64,000 nt of DNA from the NCBI GenBank assembly GCA_000433255.1, contig HF998235.1:13-64012 (forward strand). The letters are read 5' to 3'. Under the pieces are notes generated by a model. The model was given only the letters and a program-made list of their open reading frames with translations. It searched no databases and had not been told where the DNA came from. Positions 29,718 to 39,116 of the stretch are shown here, in pieces (position 1 is the stretch's first letter; every line of letters begins with the position of its first letter). Source of the stretch: Coprobacillus sp. CAG:605. GTDB lineage: Bacteria; Bacillota_I; Bacilli_A; RF39; UBA660. A program made the position numbers and the translations under genes.

Positions 29718-29743
29718 TGTGAATAAAATTAAAGTTATCCACA
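29718..29743. promoter_or_regulatory. Inverted pair of DnaA boxes (TGTGAATAA-aattaaag-TTATCCACA), copy 1
   Basis: A 26-nt element between the dnaN stop and the comK-like start. A near-identical copy lies at 57744-57769. It is preceded by three tandem 10-bp repeats, GTCGAATTTT / AGCGAATTTT / GTCGAATTGT, at 29691-29720. Confidence 0.55.
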
Positions 29744-29775
29744 AAAAAAATACCCAAATGGGTATCATAAATATC

Positions 29776-30894
29776 TTAATAAGTCTTCAAAGGTAAGATT
29801 AATTGAATTAATGATTCATCTTCAGTAGATTTAATAACTATCGGTTTAACTTCACCATTTAATAATATCAATATTTGTTCATCTTTAAATGTTCTTAAAG
29901 CTTCTAACATATATTTTGAACTAAACGAAATATCTAAATTAGTATCAACATTACAATCAACTTTAACTCTTTCTTCAACTTTACCAATTTCACTAGCATA
30001 CGAATTAATAACAAGTTCTTTATTACTTAAATGCATTTTAACAATGTTTTTATCCTTACTTTGAGTAAGAAGAGCTGCTCTATCTATTGCATTATAATAA
30101 TCATTTAAATTAGTATTTAACATAATTTCAAACTCAGTTGGAATTAAATTATTAGTATTAGGATATGTACCTGCAAGTAAATTACTTTGGAAAGTTATAT
30201 TTTTATATTTAAACAAAATCTTATTATTAAATACATGCATTTCCATATCTTGTTCATCTGTTAATATCTTATCTAACTCTAAAATATTTTTACCAGGAAT
30301 AACAATATTAACAGCTGATTCAGCTTCAACATTAAGTTTAACTGTTTTTTTAGCTAAGCGATAACTATCAGTAGCTATACATTCCAAAATATCTCCGGTA
30401 ATTTTAAAGTTAAGTCCTGTAAGTAATGGTCTTAATTCTTGAGTAGAAATAGCAAATACTGTTTGACTAATAATTGTTTTAAATAAGTCACTGTTGATAA
30501 TTATTGGATTTTTATGTTCATCTAATTTAATAGCTGGATACTCACTTGAATCTAAGCAATTTAAATTATACTCAGAAGCTCCTGAAGATATTTTTATCTT
30601 TAATCCATCCACAACTTCAAAGTTAATTAAGTCTTCCGGCATTTTTCTAATAATATCAACAATAAACTTACTTTGAATTATTATATTACCTAAACTTTCA
30701 ACATTTTTAATTTCTTTATTTTCAATAAAAGATTTAATTGTTAACTCTGAATCACTCGCAGTTAAGTACAATCCTTCCTCTTTTAATTCAAATTTAATTC
30801 CATTTAATATAGGAATAACATTTTTTGTAGATATAGCTCTTGCTACATTCATTAAATTTTCTAATATAACATTTTTTTCAATTGTAAATTTCAT
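29776..30894 (-). CDS. dnaN: DNA polymerase III beta sliding clamp
   Basis: 372 aa, MKFTIEKNVILENL ... three-domain clamp, downstream of dnaA. Confidence 0.95.
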   Translation of the reverse strand: MKFTIEKNVILENLMNVARAISTKNVIPILNGIKFELKEEGLYLTASDSELTIKSFIENKEIKNVESLGNIIIQSKFIVDIIRKMPEDLINFEVVDGLKIKISSGASEYNLNCLDSSEYPAIKLDEHKNPIIINSDLFKTIISQTVFAISTQELRPLLTGLNFKITGDILECIATDSYRLAKKTVKLNVEAESAVNIVIPGKNILELDKILTDEQDMEMHVFNNKILFKYKNITFQSNLLAGTYPNTNNLIPTEFEIMLNTNLNDYYNAIDRAALLTQSKDKNIVKMHLSNKELVINSYASEIGKVEERVKVDCNVDTNLDISFSSKYMLEALRTFKDEQILILLNGEVKPIVIKSTEDESLIQLILPLKTY

Positions 30895-31039
30895 ATTTTC
30901 TCCTTCTTTTATATATATTCATAATCATAATACTGTGGATAATGTGGATAACTTTTTGCTTTTACCCATATTTATGCCAAATTTTGGGCATTTTGCCCTG
31001 TGGATAACTAACTGAGTTATCCACAATCCATTCACATAG
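30895..31039. promoter_or_regulatory. oriC part 2 (dnaA-dnaN spacer): four consensus DnaA boxes plus an AT-rich candidate unwinding region
   Basis: TGTGGATAA at 30934-30942 and 30943-30951 (abutting) and at 30999-31007, and TTATCCACA at 31018-31026. An almost pure A/T stretch at 30897-30933 abuts dnaN. Confidence 0.8.
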
Positions 31040-32410
31040 TTAGATTTTTGCTTTAATTTCATTGACAATTTCTTGTAATTTTTTATTGTCTTTAAGGTCT
31101 TCTGTGATTTTATCAACAGCATGAATTACGGTAGAATGATCTCTTCCCCCAAATTCTAAGCCAATTCTTGGAAATGATTCATCAGTAAGCATTCTAGCTA
31201 AGTACATTGCAAGCATTCTAGGATATGCAATGTTCTTGGACTTTTTCTTTCCTTTTAGAACATCAATTGTGAATCCATAATAGTCTGCAACTGCCTTTTG
31301 AACCATAGAAATATCGTTATTTGAATAAATATTTTTACTTATATAATCCCCTAAAGCTTCTTGGGCAAAATCTAAATCTATCTTAGTTGGGGTATAAACA
31401 GCAACATAAGCCGCTAATCTATTAATTGCCCCCTCAATTTCCCTTACATCCGTATCGCATGAGTTCGCAATGTACATAATAACATCATCACTTATCATTT
31501 TTGCAATACTAAGATACTTAATTTTATCTTTAATTATTCTTACTCTTAGGTCTAAATCCGGTGGATAAATATCTACGGGAAGTCCCCATGCAAACCTGCT
31601 TCTAAGACGTTCTTCTAATAATTTTAAGTCTTCTGGCGATCTATCAGATGTAATAATAATTTGCTTATTGTGACTGTGTAGTTCATTAAATGTATGAAAG
31701 AACCCTTGCTGTGTTTTTTCAGCTCCTACTAAAAACTGGATATCATCTACCAACAAAACATCTACATCTCGATATTTATTTTTAAAGTAATCAGCTCTTT
31801 CAAATGACGATTCTGCCCCATTAGTACTGGCAATACTTGTATAATCATCCTTAAAATTCTCACTAGTTGTGTATAAAACTCTTAAATTACTATTTTCTAC
31901 TATGTAATTTCCTATTGCATGCATTAAGTGGGTCTTTCCTAGCCCACTTTTACCATAAATAAACAAAGGATTATATATTTTTCCTGGTTGTTGTGCTACA
32001 GCGATTGCTGCAGTTTTGGCAAATTTGTTGGTATCTCCAGTAACATAGTTATCAAAAGTAAACTCTTTCTTTAAATTTGTAATAAACTCTGTATTATTAT
32101 CTTTTTTAACTTCCAAAGTCCTGTTGTTGATAATTTCCAAGTTATCCACAGTCTCATCTTCTAGAACAAAAGAAATATCATAAGTAACGTTAGTTAATTC
32201 AGTCAAAGCGTCTTCCAAAAGCTGATACCAGCTAGTTTCGAGCACATTTTTATGCACTGCCATTGGTACTTGAATGACGATTTTGTTCTTTAAAGTATCT
32301 ATTTCATGTAATTTTAATGGTTTAAACCATGTATTAAATGTGATTGGATTTATTTTTTGTTGTAGCAACGATAGAAATTTGCTCCATAAATCCTGATTGT
32401 CCAAAATCAT
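31040..32410 (-). CDS. dnaA: Chromosomal replication initiator DnaA
   Basis: NPLFIYGKSGLGKTHL, LLVDDIQFL and the C-terminal HTH region GGRDHSTVIHA. Start chosen at ATG 32410 (MILDNQDLW). The RBS spacing is poor, so GTG 32434 remains possible. Confidence 0.96.
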   Translation of the reverse strand: MILDNQDLWSKFLSLLQQKINPITFNTWFKPLKLHEIDTLKNKIVIQVPMAVHKNVLETSWYQLLEDALTELTNVTYDISFVLEDETVDNLEIINNRTLEVKKDNNTEFITNLKKEFTFDNYVTGDTNKFAKTAAIAVAQQPGKIYNPLFIYGKSGLGKTHLMHAIGNYIVENSNLRVLYTTSENFKDDYTSIASTNGAESSFERADYFKNKYRDVDVLLVDDIQFLVGAEKTQQGFFHTFNELHSHNKQIIITSDRSPEDLKLLEERLRSRFAWGLPVDIYPPDLDLRVRIIKDKIKYLSIAKMISDDVIMYIANSCDTDVREIEGAINRLAAYVAVYTPTKIDLDFAQEALGDYISKNIYSNNDISMVQKAVADYYGFTIDVLKGKKKSKNIAYPRMLAMYLARMLTDESFPRIGLEFGGRDHSTVIHAVDKITEDLKDNKKLQEIVNEIKAKI

Positions 32411-32478
32411 CACCCCACTAACCAAATCTATCACAAGTATTGTACTCTATTTTTTAAATTTTGGGAAGTTTTTTTTAG

Positions 32479-32778
32479 TTATTCACAAGAAATTCACAGG
32501 TTATCAACATTTTATCAACATTTTTTTATCGGTGTATGCTGGTCTCTTATTAGTTATCAACATTATCAACAATTTATTTATCAACAATGTGGATAAATAT
32601 TCAAAAGTTATCCACAACTCCTGTGGATAACTGATATTTTATATTTTTTTTGGCTGAAATACGCCAAAAAAATGCTTGTGAATAATGTGGATAACTATAA
32701 AAAATGGCACTTTTTGACATAAAAGTTGTGCACAACTAAAAAGTTATCCACAGGCGATTTTGATTTTCTTGTTGATAA
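32479..32778. promoter_or_regulatory. oriC part 1 (upstream of dnaA): at least 13 DnaA boxes
   Basis: Consensus boxes (TTATCCACA / TGTGGATAA) at 32588, 32608, 32622, 32686 and 32744. TTATCAACA variants at 32501, 32512, 32554, 32563, 32578 and 32770 (complement). TTATTCACA variants at 32479 and 32677 (complement). Confidence 0.85.
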
Positions 32779-32823
32779 ATTTTCCTAAATCAACATATCA
32801 TTACATTATATCCAATATTTTCC

Positions 32824-32853
32824 TTGACTTTTAAGTTAATTTAATATTATAAT
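32824..32853 (+). promoter_or_regulatory. Sigma-A-type promoter for rpmH
   Basis: TTGACT (32824-32829), an 18-nt spacer, then TATAAT (32848-32853). Confidence 0.5.
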
Positions 32854-32886
32854 AACCTTGCTATTTAAGTTTAGGAGGTGCAAACT

Positions 32887-33009
32887 ATGAAGAGAACTTT
32901 TCAACCAAACAATCGTAAAAAATCAAAAAAACATGGCTTCTTTGCTAGAAAAGAAAGCAATATTCTTAAATCAAGAAGAAAAAAAGGACGTAAAGTATTA
33001 TGCAAATAA
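32887..33009 (+). CDS. rpmH: 50S ribosomal protein L34 (absent from the ORF track)
   Basis: Manual translation gives [40 protein letters not shown]. An AGGAGG RBS lies at 32873-32878. Confidence 0.93.
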   Translation: MKRTFQPNNRKKSKKHGFFARKESNILKSRRKKGRKVLCK

Positions 33010-33030
33010 ACCACAAAAAGTGGTTTTTTT
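33009..33030 (+). terminator. Hairpin plus U-run after rpmH (probably a partial terminator before rnpA)
   Basis: aaccac-aaaaa-gtggtt followed by T5. Confidence 0.55.
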
Positions 33031-33047
33031 CTAATTAGGTGAATTTT

Positions 33048-33380
33048 ATGAAGAGAACAGAAATGGTCAAAAAGTCAAAAGACTTTCAAAGTATAATAAA
33101 TTATAAACATTTTTATAAAAATAAATATTTTGTTATCTATGCATCAAAACCAGATAATACCTTTCTAAAACCTAAATTTGGTATTGCTGTTGGAAAGGCC
33201 CTGGGAGATGCTGTTAACCGTAATTTAATGAAACGACGCGTTAGAAATATAATTGATAACAACAAAATATTATTTCCAAATAACCATAATTATATTATAA
33301 TGATTAAAAGGACTTCCAAAGAGGCTAAGTTTAGTGAATTAAATGAGGCCTTATCAAGTCTAATAAAGGAGATAAAATGA
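33048..33380 (+). CDS. rnpA: Ribonuclease P protein component
   Basis: KKSKDFQSI ... AVNRNLMKRRVRN (RNR motif). ATG 33048 follows an AGGTGA RBS. Position is rpmH-rnpA-yidC. Confidence 0.88.
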   Translation: MKRTEMVKKSKDFQSIINYKHFYKNKYFVIYASKPDNTFLKPKFGIAVGKALGDAVNRNLMKRRVRNIIDNNKILFPNNHNYIIMIKRTSKEAKFSELNEALSSLIKEIK

Positions 33381-34318
33381 AAAAAAATAATAAAATAAAA
33401 ATATTTTTACTAGCGATTTTAGTAATGTTATCCACAGGTTGTACTAAATATGTTAAAGATGGTAACAAATCTGTAATCTATGAAGCAACTGGTCAAACGC
33501 TTACTGCAAACATACTATGTAAACCAGTAACTGAGGACCTATATAATATATATAAGGAAAACGAAGATAAACTAACTAACAAATTAGACGAATTACCAGA
33601 TTGTAACAATTTTAGTGTAACAGACATTAAATATGTTAGTTTATGGGAAAGCTTTTTTGTTAAACCTCTAGCTTGGATAATTCTAAAAGTTGGAGAATTA
33701 GTTAAAAACTATGGTGTCGCTGTAATGCTTATAAGTGTTTTAATAAGAGCTATTATGATACCATTAACCAAAAAATCTATGGCTCAAACTGAAAATTTGA
33801 AAAAAGCTCAACCGGAAATTAATCGTCTTGAAAAAAAATATGCTAATAAAACTGATAATGAATCATTAATGGCTAAGAGTCAAGAAACAATGATGATTTA
33901 TAAAAAATATAACATTAATCCTGTTAGTGGCTGCCTTACTTCATTTATTCAGTTACCAATATTCTTCGCTTTCTTAGAAGCCATCAACCGTGTACCAGCA
34001 ATTTTTGAAGGAACTCTATTTAATATGAATTTAGGTATGACCCCAATGACTGGTTTCGCTCATGGTAATTACATTTATATAATCTTACTTTTATTAATTA
34101 TTGGTAGTACCTATGTAACATTTAAATTTAGTATGCAAAGTGCTGGTTCAACAGAAGCTGAACGTCAAATGAAAATGATGAGCACATTCATGATAATCAT
34201 GATATCATTCGCTTCCCTAAGCTTACCAACTGCACAAGCATTATACTGGGTAGTAAATAATGTCTTTGCTATAATTCAAAATCTTATTGTTAAAAAGCTT
34301 ATGAAAGTAGGTAAATAA
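33377..34318 (+). CDS. yidC: Membrane protein insertase YidC/SpoIIIJ (lipoprotein type)
   Basis: Lipobox LSTGC and conserved PLTKKSMAQTENLKKAQPEI ... YKKYNINPVSGCL. Confidence 0.92.
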   Translation: MKKNNKIKIFLLAILVMLSTGCTKYVKDGNKSVIYEATGQTLTANILCKPVTEDLYNIYKENEDKLTNKLDELPDCNNFSVTDIKYVSLWESFFVKPLAWIILKVGELVKNYGVAVMLISVLIRAIMIPLTKKSMAQTENLKKAQPEINRLEKKYANKTDNESLMAKSQETMMIYKKYNINPVSGCLTSFIQLPIFFAFLEAINRVPAIFEGTLFNMNLGMTPMTGFAHGNYIYIILLLLIIGSTYVTFKFSMQSAGSTEAERQMKMMSTFMIIMISFASLSLPTAQALYWVVNNVFAIIQNLIVKKLMKVGK

Positions 34319-34929
34319 TGGAAAAATATACGTATACTGGTAAAAATTTAGATGAACTAAAAACCAATGCTTATCAAGAATTAAATTTAGAAGAAAATGA
34401 ATGTTTAATCAAAGTAACGGAAGATAAAGGATCTTTATTTAAAGGTCAATCATATACTTTGGATGTTTATAAAATAACTGATGTTGCTGCTGAAATTAAG
34501 AATTATTTAAGCGAATTATTAACTAAAATGGGTTTAGAAACAACATTTGAAACCAAAATTCGTGGTGAACAAATAACTATTAAAATGTTTTCTAATCAAA
34601 ATAATATTTTAATCGGTCGTAATGGTCAAACACTAAAGGCTCTTCAACAAATAATAAGACAATACATTTTCAATATAATTGGTGTTTATCCATATATATT
34701 ATTAGACGTTGAAAACTACAAAGAAAAATGTGAAAATCATTTAGAAAAACTAGCTAAGCAAATAGCTCGTGAAGTAACTAAAACCAAACAACCTATTATT
34801 ATGGACAGCATGAACTCCTATGAAAGAAGAATAGTTCATAATACTCTAGCTAACTTTAAAAATATTACAACATTTAGTGAAGGTGAAGAACCTAATAGAC
34901 ATATCGTTGTCAAAATAAAGGAAGACTAA
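34318..34929 (+). CDS. jag: RNA-binding protein Jag/KhpB (KH + R3H)
   Basis: GRNGQTLKALQ (KH) and ERRIVHNTL (R3H). Follows yidC. Confidence 0.88.
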   Translation: MEKYTYTGKNLDELKTNAYQELNLEENECLIKVTEDKGSLFKGQSYTLDVYKITDVAAEIKNYLSELLTKMGLETTFETKIRGEQITIKMFSNQNNILIGRNGQTLKALQQIIRQYIFNIIGVYPYILLDVENYKEKCENHLEKLAKQIAREVTKTKQPIIMDSMNSYERRIVHNTLANFKNITTFSEGEEPNRHIVVKIKED

Positions 34930-34993
34930 GTTCTTCTTTTTTTGTTTATTTTTTGCAAAATGTGATATAATACGACGGAAAGGAAGGATAATC

Positions 34994-36343
34994 ATGGACG
35001 ACACTATTGTATCTATCTCAACATCCCTTGGTGTAGGCGCCATTGCCATCATAAGATTAAGTGGCCCTAAAGCAATTGAAATTGTTAATAAAATATTTAA
35101 AGGAAAAGACTTAACTAAAGTAGATAGTCACACTATAAACTATGGCTATATTAAAGAAAATGACACAATTATTGACGAAGTTTTAGTTAGTATTATGCGT
35201 GCTCCAAAAACTTATACTACAGAAGATGTAGTAGAAATTAATACTCATGGTGGAATAGCTACAACTAATAAAGTATTAGAGCTTTGCTTAACCAATGGTG
35301 CGCGCCTTGCCGAACCAGGAGAATTTACTAAACGGGCTTTTTTAAATGGCCGCATTGATTTAACCCAGGCTGAAGCCGTTGAAGATATCATAACATCAAC
35401 GACAGATAAATCTTTAAACTTATCAATGAACCAATTAACCGGTTCTTTAAAGAAGTTAATTACCGATACTCGTAAAACTATGGTTAACTTAATGGCAAAT
35501 ATTGAAGTAAACATCGATTATCCAGAATACGAAGACGCTGAAAATATAACTATTCCGCTTTTAAAAGAAAAACTAGTTCCTATCAAAAATAAACTATCCA
35601 AACTTTTAGAAGAATCCAAAAATGCTAAAATAATCAAAGATGGTATCGATGTTGCTTTAATTGGCCGCCCAAACGTTGGTAAATCAAGCCTTTTAAATCT
35701 TTTTTTAGAAGAAGAAAAAGCCATTGTTACAAACATTGCTGGTACCACCCGTGACATAGTTGAAGGTCAAACTATTATAAATGGAATCAAAATTAACTTT
35801 ATCGATACTGCCGGTATTCGTAATACCACTGATGTAGTTGAAAAAATTGGAGTTGAAAAAAGTAAACAAATGATATCTAAAGCTGATTTAAACATCCTAA
35901 TTTTAAATAATAATGAACCTATAACTAATGAAGATAAAGAACTCCTTGAATTAATAAAATCTAAACCAAGTATAATATTTATTAATAAAAATGATTTAGA
36001 ACCAAAGTTAGATTTAGAACAAATGCCAAATATTGTTCAAGGAAATACCCTATCTTTAGAAGGAATAAAAGATTTAAAACAAAAAATAATCGAATATTTT
36101 AATTTAGAAAAGATTGAAGTTAAAGATGCAACCTATTTAACAAACGCTCGTCAAAACGCTTTAATCAAAAACACCATATCCTATATTGACCAAGCCTTAG
36201 AAGATATAGAAAACGAAGTTCCTGTCGATATGATAGAAATAAATATCCGTACTGCTTGGGATACACTAGGTGAAATAATTGGTGCTACGTATAAAGACGA
36301 ATTGTTAGATGAATTGTTCTCTAATTTCTGTTTAGGAAAGTAA
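34994..36343 (+). CDS. mnmE: tRNA modification GTPase MnmE
   Basis: DTIVSISTS ... GAIAIIRLSG, G1 GRPNVGKSS, DTAGIR and the C-terminal FCLGK. Confidence 0.96.
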   Translation: MDDTIVSISTSLGVGAIAIIRLSGPKAIEIVNKIFKGKDLTKVDSHTINYGYIKENDTIIDEVLVSIMRAPKTYTTEDVVEINTHGGIATTNKVLELCLTNGARLAEPGEFTKRAFLNGRIDLTQAEAVEDIITSTTDKSLNLSMNQLTGSLKKLITDTRKTMVNLMANIEVNIDYPEYEDAENITIPLLKEKLVPIKNKLSKLLEESKNAKIIKDGIDVALIGRPNVGKSSLLNLFLEEEKAIVTNIAGTTRDIVEGQTIINGIKINFIDTAGIRNTTDVVEKIGVEKSKQMISKADLNILILNNNEPITNEDKELLELIKSKPSIIFINKNDLEPKLDLEQMPNIVQGNTLSLEGIKDLKQKIIEYFNLEKIEVKDATYLTNARQNALIKNTISYIDQALEDIENEVPVDMIEINIRTAWDTLGEIIGATYKDELLDELFSNFCLGK

Positions 36344-36351
36344 GTGATAAA

Positions 36352-38217
36352 ATGAAAAACTATGAAATAATTGTTGTAGGAGGTGGCCATGCGGGTTGTG
36401 AAGCTTCTCACATTGCAGCCTATAAAGGCCATAAAACTGCCTTAGTAACTATGAATATCAAAAATATTGCAGATATGCCTTGTAATCCTTCAATAGGTGG
36501 AACTGCTAAAGGAATAATAGTTCGTGAAATCGATGCCCTAGGTGGTTTAATGGGCCGTGTTGCCGACCGTTCTCATTTTCAAATAAAAATGCTAAATAGT
36601 GGTAAAGGTCCTGCTGTAAGATCACTCCGTGCGCAAGCTGATAAAATAACCTATCCTAAAAATATGCTTCAAGAATTAAAAAACTTAGAAAATCTTGATA
36701 TCATTGAAGGCATGGTTGAAGATATTATAGTAGAAAATAACGTAATTAAAGGAATTATCCTTGAAACTGGTGAAAAAATAATGTGCCAATGTCTAATTTT
36801 AACCACTGGTACTTATCTTAAAGGAAGCATTTTATGCGGTGCGGAAAAACACCCCGGTGGTCCACATGGTGAAAGAAGAAGTAACTATTTAAGTGATAAT
36901 CTAAAGAAAAATGGTCTTCATATTCAACGTTTAAAGACCGGAACTCCTCAAAGAATAGCGGCTTCCTCAATAGATTTTTCAAAAATGAAACCAGAAACTG
37001 GCGACGATACCTATTGGACATTCTCCCATGATTTTCCTCCTCAATATAAAATAAACGAACAACAAAAATGTTATCTTATCTATACCACTTTAGAAACCAA
37101 AAAAATCATTGAAGATAATTTAGATAAATCAAGTATGTATGGTGGTTACGTTGAAGGCATTGGTCCAAGATACTGTCCTTCAATTGAAGATAAAGTAGTT
37201 CGTTTCCACGATAAAGACCATCATCAACTTTTTTTAGAGCCAGAATCTCTTTATTATGATGATTGGTACCTACAAGGTTTTTCAACTTCAATGCCTCATG
37301 ATATTCAAGAACAAATGGTTCATTCCCTACCCGGACTTGAACATGCCAAGATAACTAAGTATGCCTACGCTATTGAATACGATGCCATTGACCCACTTCA
37401 AATTAACCCATCCTTAGAATCTAAAGTTCTATCTGGCTTATTTACGGCTGGCCAAATAAATGGCACTAGTGGTTATGAAGAAGCCGCCGGCCAAGGTATA
37501 ATGGCTGGTATAAATGCAGCTTTAAAATTAGAACAAAAAGCCCCATTAATCTTAAAAAGAAATGAAGCTTACATCGGTGTTTTAATAGATGATTTAGTAA
37601 CTAAGGGAACTAATGAACCTTATCGCATGCTAACTAGTCGTGCTGAATTTAGATTAATTCTTCGTCATGACAACGCTGACTTAAGATTAAGAGACCTAGC
37701 GTACAAAGTAGGAACCATTTCTCAAGAACAATACGATAATTTAAATCTAAAAAAGAAACAAATTCAAGAATTAACTAAAATTTTACAAGATAATAAATTA
37801 AAATTAAACGACGAAACTAAAAAAATATTTCAAGAAAACAACATTGAAGTACCAAGTATTTCAACATCCTTCTATCAATTATTAAAACGTCCAGGAATAT
37901 CTATTCAATTTATTAATAAACTATTAGATTTTAACTATCCTGAAGCTGTTTTAGAACAGGTTGAAATATCCACTAAGTACGAAGGATATATCGTTAAAAC
38001 TAATAAAGAAATCGAAAAAATGTTGAAATTAGAATCTAAGCAAATACCTAAAGATATAGATTATTCTAAAGTAACAAACTTAGCTAGCGAAGCCCGTCAA
38101 AAATTAGAAAAAATTCGTCCGGAAACTATTGGACAAGCTACACGTATATCAGGCGTTAACCCAGCCGATATTTCTATTCTTACTATCTATTTAAGAAAGG
38201 AATATCCTCATGAATAA
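36352..38217 (+). CDS. mnmG: tRNA uridine 5-carboxymethylaminomethyl modification enzyme MnmG
   Basis: VVGGGHAGCEA FAD motif and GPRYCPSIEDK. Confidence 0.97.
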   Translation: MKNYEIIVVGGGHAGCEASHIAAYKGHKTALVTMNIKNIADMPCNPSIGGTAKGIIVREIDALGGLMGRVADRSHFQIKMLNSGKGPAVRSLRAQADKITYPKNMLQELKNLENLDIIEGMVEDIIVENNVIKGIILETGEKIMCQCLILTTGTYLKGSILCGAEKHPGGPHGERRSNYLSDNLKKNGLHIQRLKTGTPQRIAASSIDFSKMKPETGDDTYWTFSHDFPPQYKINEQQKCYLIYTTLETKKIIEDNLDKSSMYGGYVEGIGPRYCPSIEDKVVRFHDKDHHQLFLEPESLYYDDWYLQGFSTSMPHDIQEQMVHSLPGLEHAKITKYAYAIEYDAIDPLQINPSLESKVLSGLFTAGQINGTSGYEEAAGQGIMAGINAALKLEQKAPLILKRNEAYIGVLIDDLVTKGTNEPYRMLTSRAEFRLILRHDNADLRLRDLAYKVGTISQEQYDNLNLKKKQIQELTKILQDNKLKLNDETKKIFQENNIEVPSISTSFYQLLKRPGISIQFINKLLDFNYPEAVLEQVEISTKYEGYIVKTNKEIEKMLKLESKQIPKDIDYSKVTNLASEARQKLEKIRPETIGQATRISGVNPADISILTIYLRKEYPHE

Positions 38218-38926
38218 AGAAGAATTTCTAATTGCTGTATCAAATCTAGGTTTAAATCTTACCATGCAACAACAAAAAGACTTAGAAACATACCAGTCTT
38301 TCCTAGAAGAATATAATAAAACAACCAATCTAACAACAATTGTTAATGAATTCGAAGTATACTTAAAACATTTTTATGATTCCTTAACAATTATTAAAGA
38401 AATTGATTTAACAAAAGTTGATACTCTCTTAGACATTGGAACAGGTGCGGGATTTCCCGGTATGGTATTAAAAATCTGTTATCCTAATCTTAATGTTACT
38501 TTGCTTGATTCCAACAACAAAAAACTAATCTTTTTAGATAATTTAAAAAATAAATTAAATATAGATGTAACTCTTGTTCATAGTCGTGCCGAAGAATTTA
38601 TTACTGACAATCGTGAAAAATTTGATGTTGTTGTAACTCGTGCTGTTGCATCCCTTCCTATCCTTTGTGAACTTGCAATTCCTTACTTAAAAGTAAACGG
38701 CTATTTTATTGCTATGAAATCAAATGCCTTAGAAGAAATCAATGCCAGTACTAATATCTTATCCAAATTAGATAGTAAAATAATTAATATCAATGAATTT
38801 GAATTACCTCATGAACATTCCAAAAGAACATTAATAAAAATAGAAAAATTAAAACCAACTAATCATCAATATCCAAGGCAATACAATCAAATAAAAAAAG
38901 AAGTAAGTAATCTCTTAACAAAATAG
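38210..38926 (+). CDS. rsmG: 16S rRNA (guanine527-N7)-methyltransferase RsmG
   Basis: DIGTGAGFPG SAM motif and TRAVA. Follows mnmG. Confidence 0.93.
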   Translation: MNKEEFLIAVSNLGLNLTMQQQKDLETYQSFLEEYNKTTNLTTIVNEFEVYLKHFYDSLTIIKEIDLTKVDTLLDIGTGAGFPGMVLKICYPNLNVTLLDSNNKKLIFLDNLKNKLNIDVTLVHSRAEEFITDNREKFDVVVTRAVASLPILCELAIPYLKVNGYFIAMKSNALEEINASTNILSKLDSKIININEFELPHEHSKRTLIKIEKLKPTNHQYPRQYNQIKKEVSNLLTK

Positions 38927-38943
38927 TGGTTACTTACTTTTTA
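38901..38943 (+). terminator. Long-loop hairpin plus T-run at the rsmG 3' end
   Basis: aagtaagtaa (38901-38910) pairs with ttacttactt (38930-38939) and is followed by ttt. The 19-nt loop makes it atypical. Confidence 0.4.
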
Positions 38944-39116
38944 AATTTTATAAAAAATAAAACTATTATTATAATCAAAATATAAAAATAACTCTCCAAT
39001 ATAATACCAAAATTTATTATTTTAAAATATCTTTAAGTAAAAAAATTATGGTTGCAAAAAAATTCAATATAGAGTATTATTAATATAGACAAGTATAATA
39101 AAGGGGCTGATTTATA

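Noticed and set aside
30925-31122. ORF 30925..31122 (-) and ORF 32397..32630 (+) within the origin
   Set aside because: Both are composed largely of DnaA-box repeats (the translations show repeated LSTxx / INN strings) and overlap the dnaA ends. They are non-coding oriC sequence.
38449-38462. NBS half-sites (for example GATTTCCCGGTATG in rsmG, TATTTCCCTG at about 47571, GGCGGGAAAT at about 56290)
   Set aside because: Only one half of the palindrome is present. The rsmG case is explained by the GAGFPG SAM-motif codons. They were not counted as Noc-binding sites.
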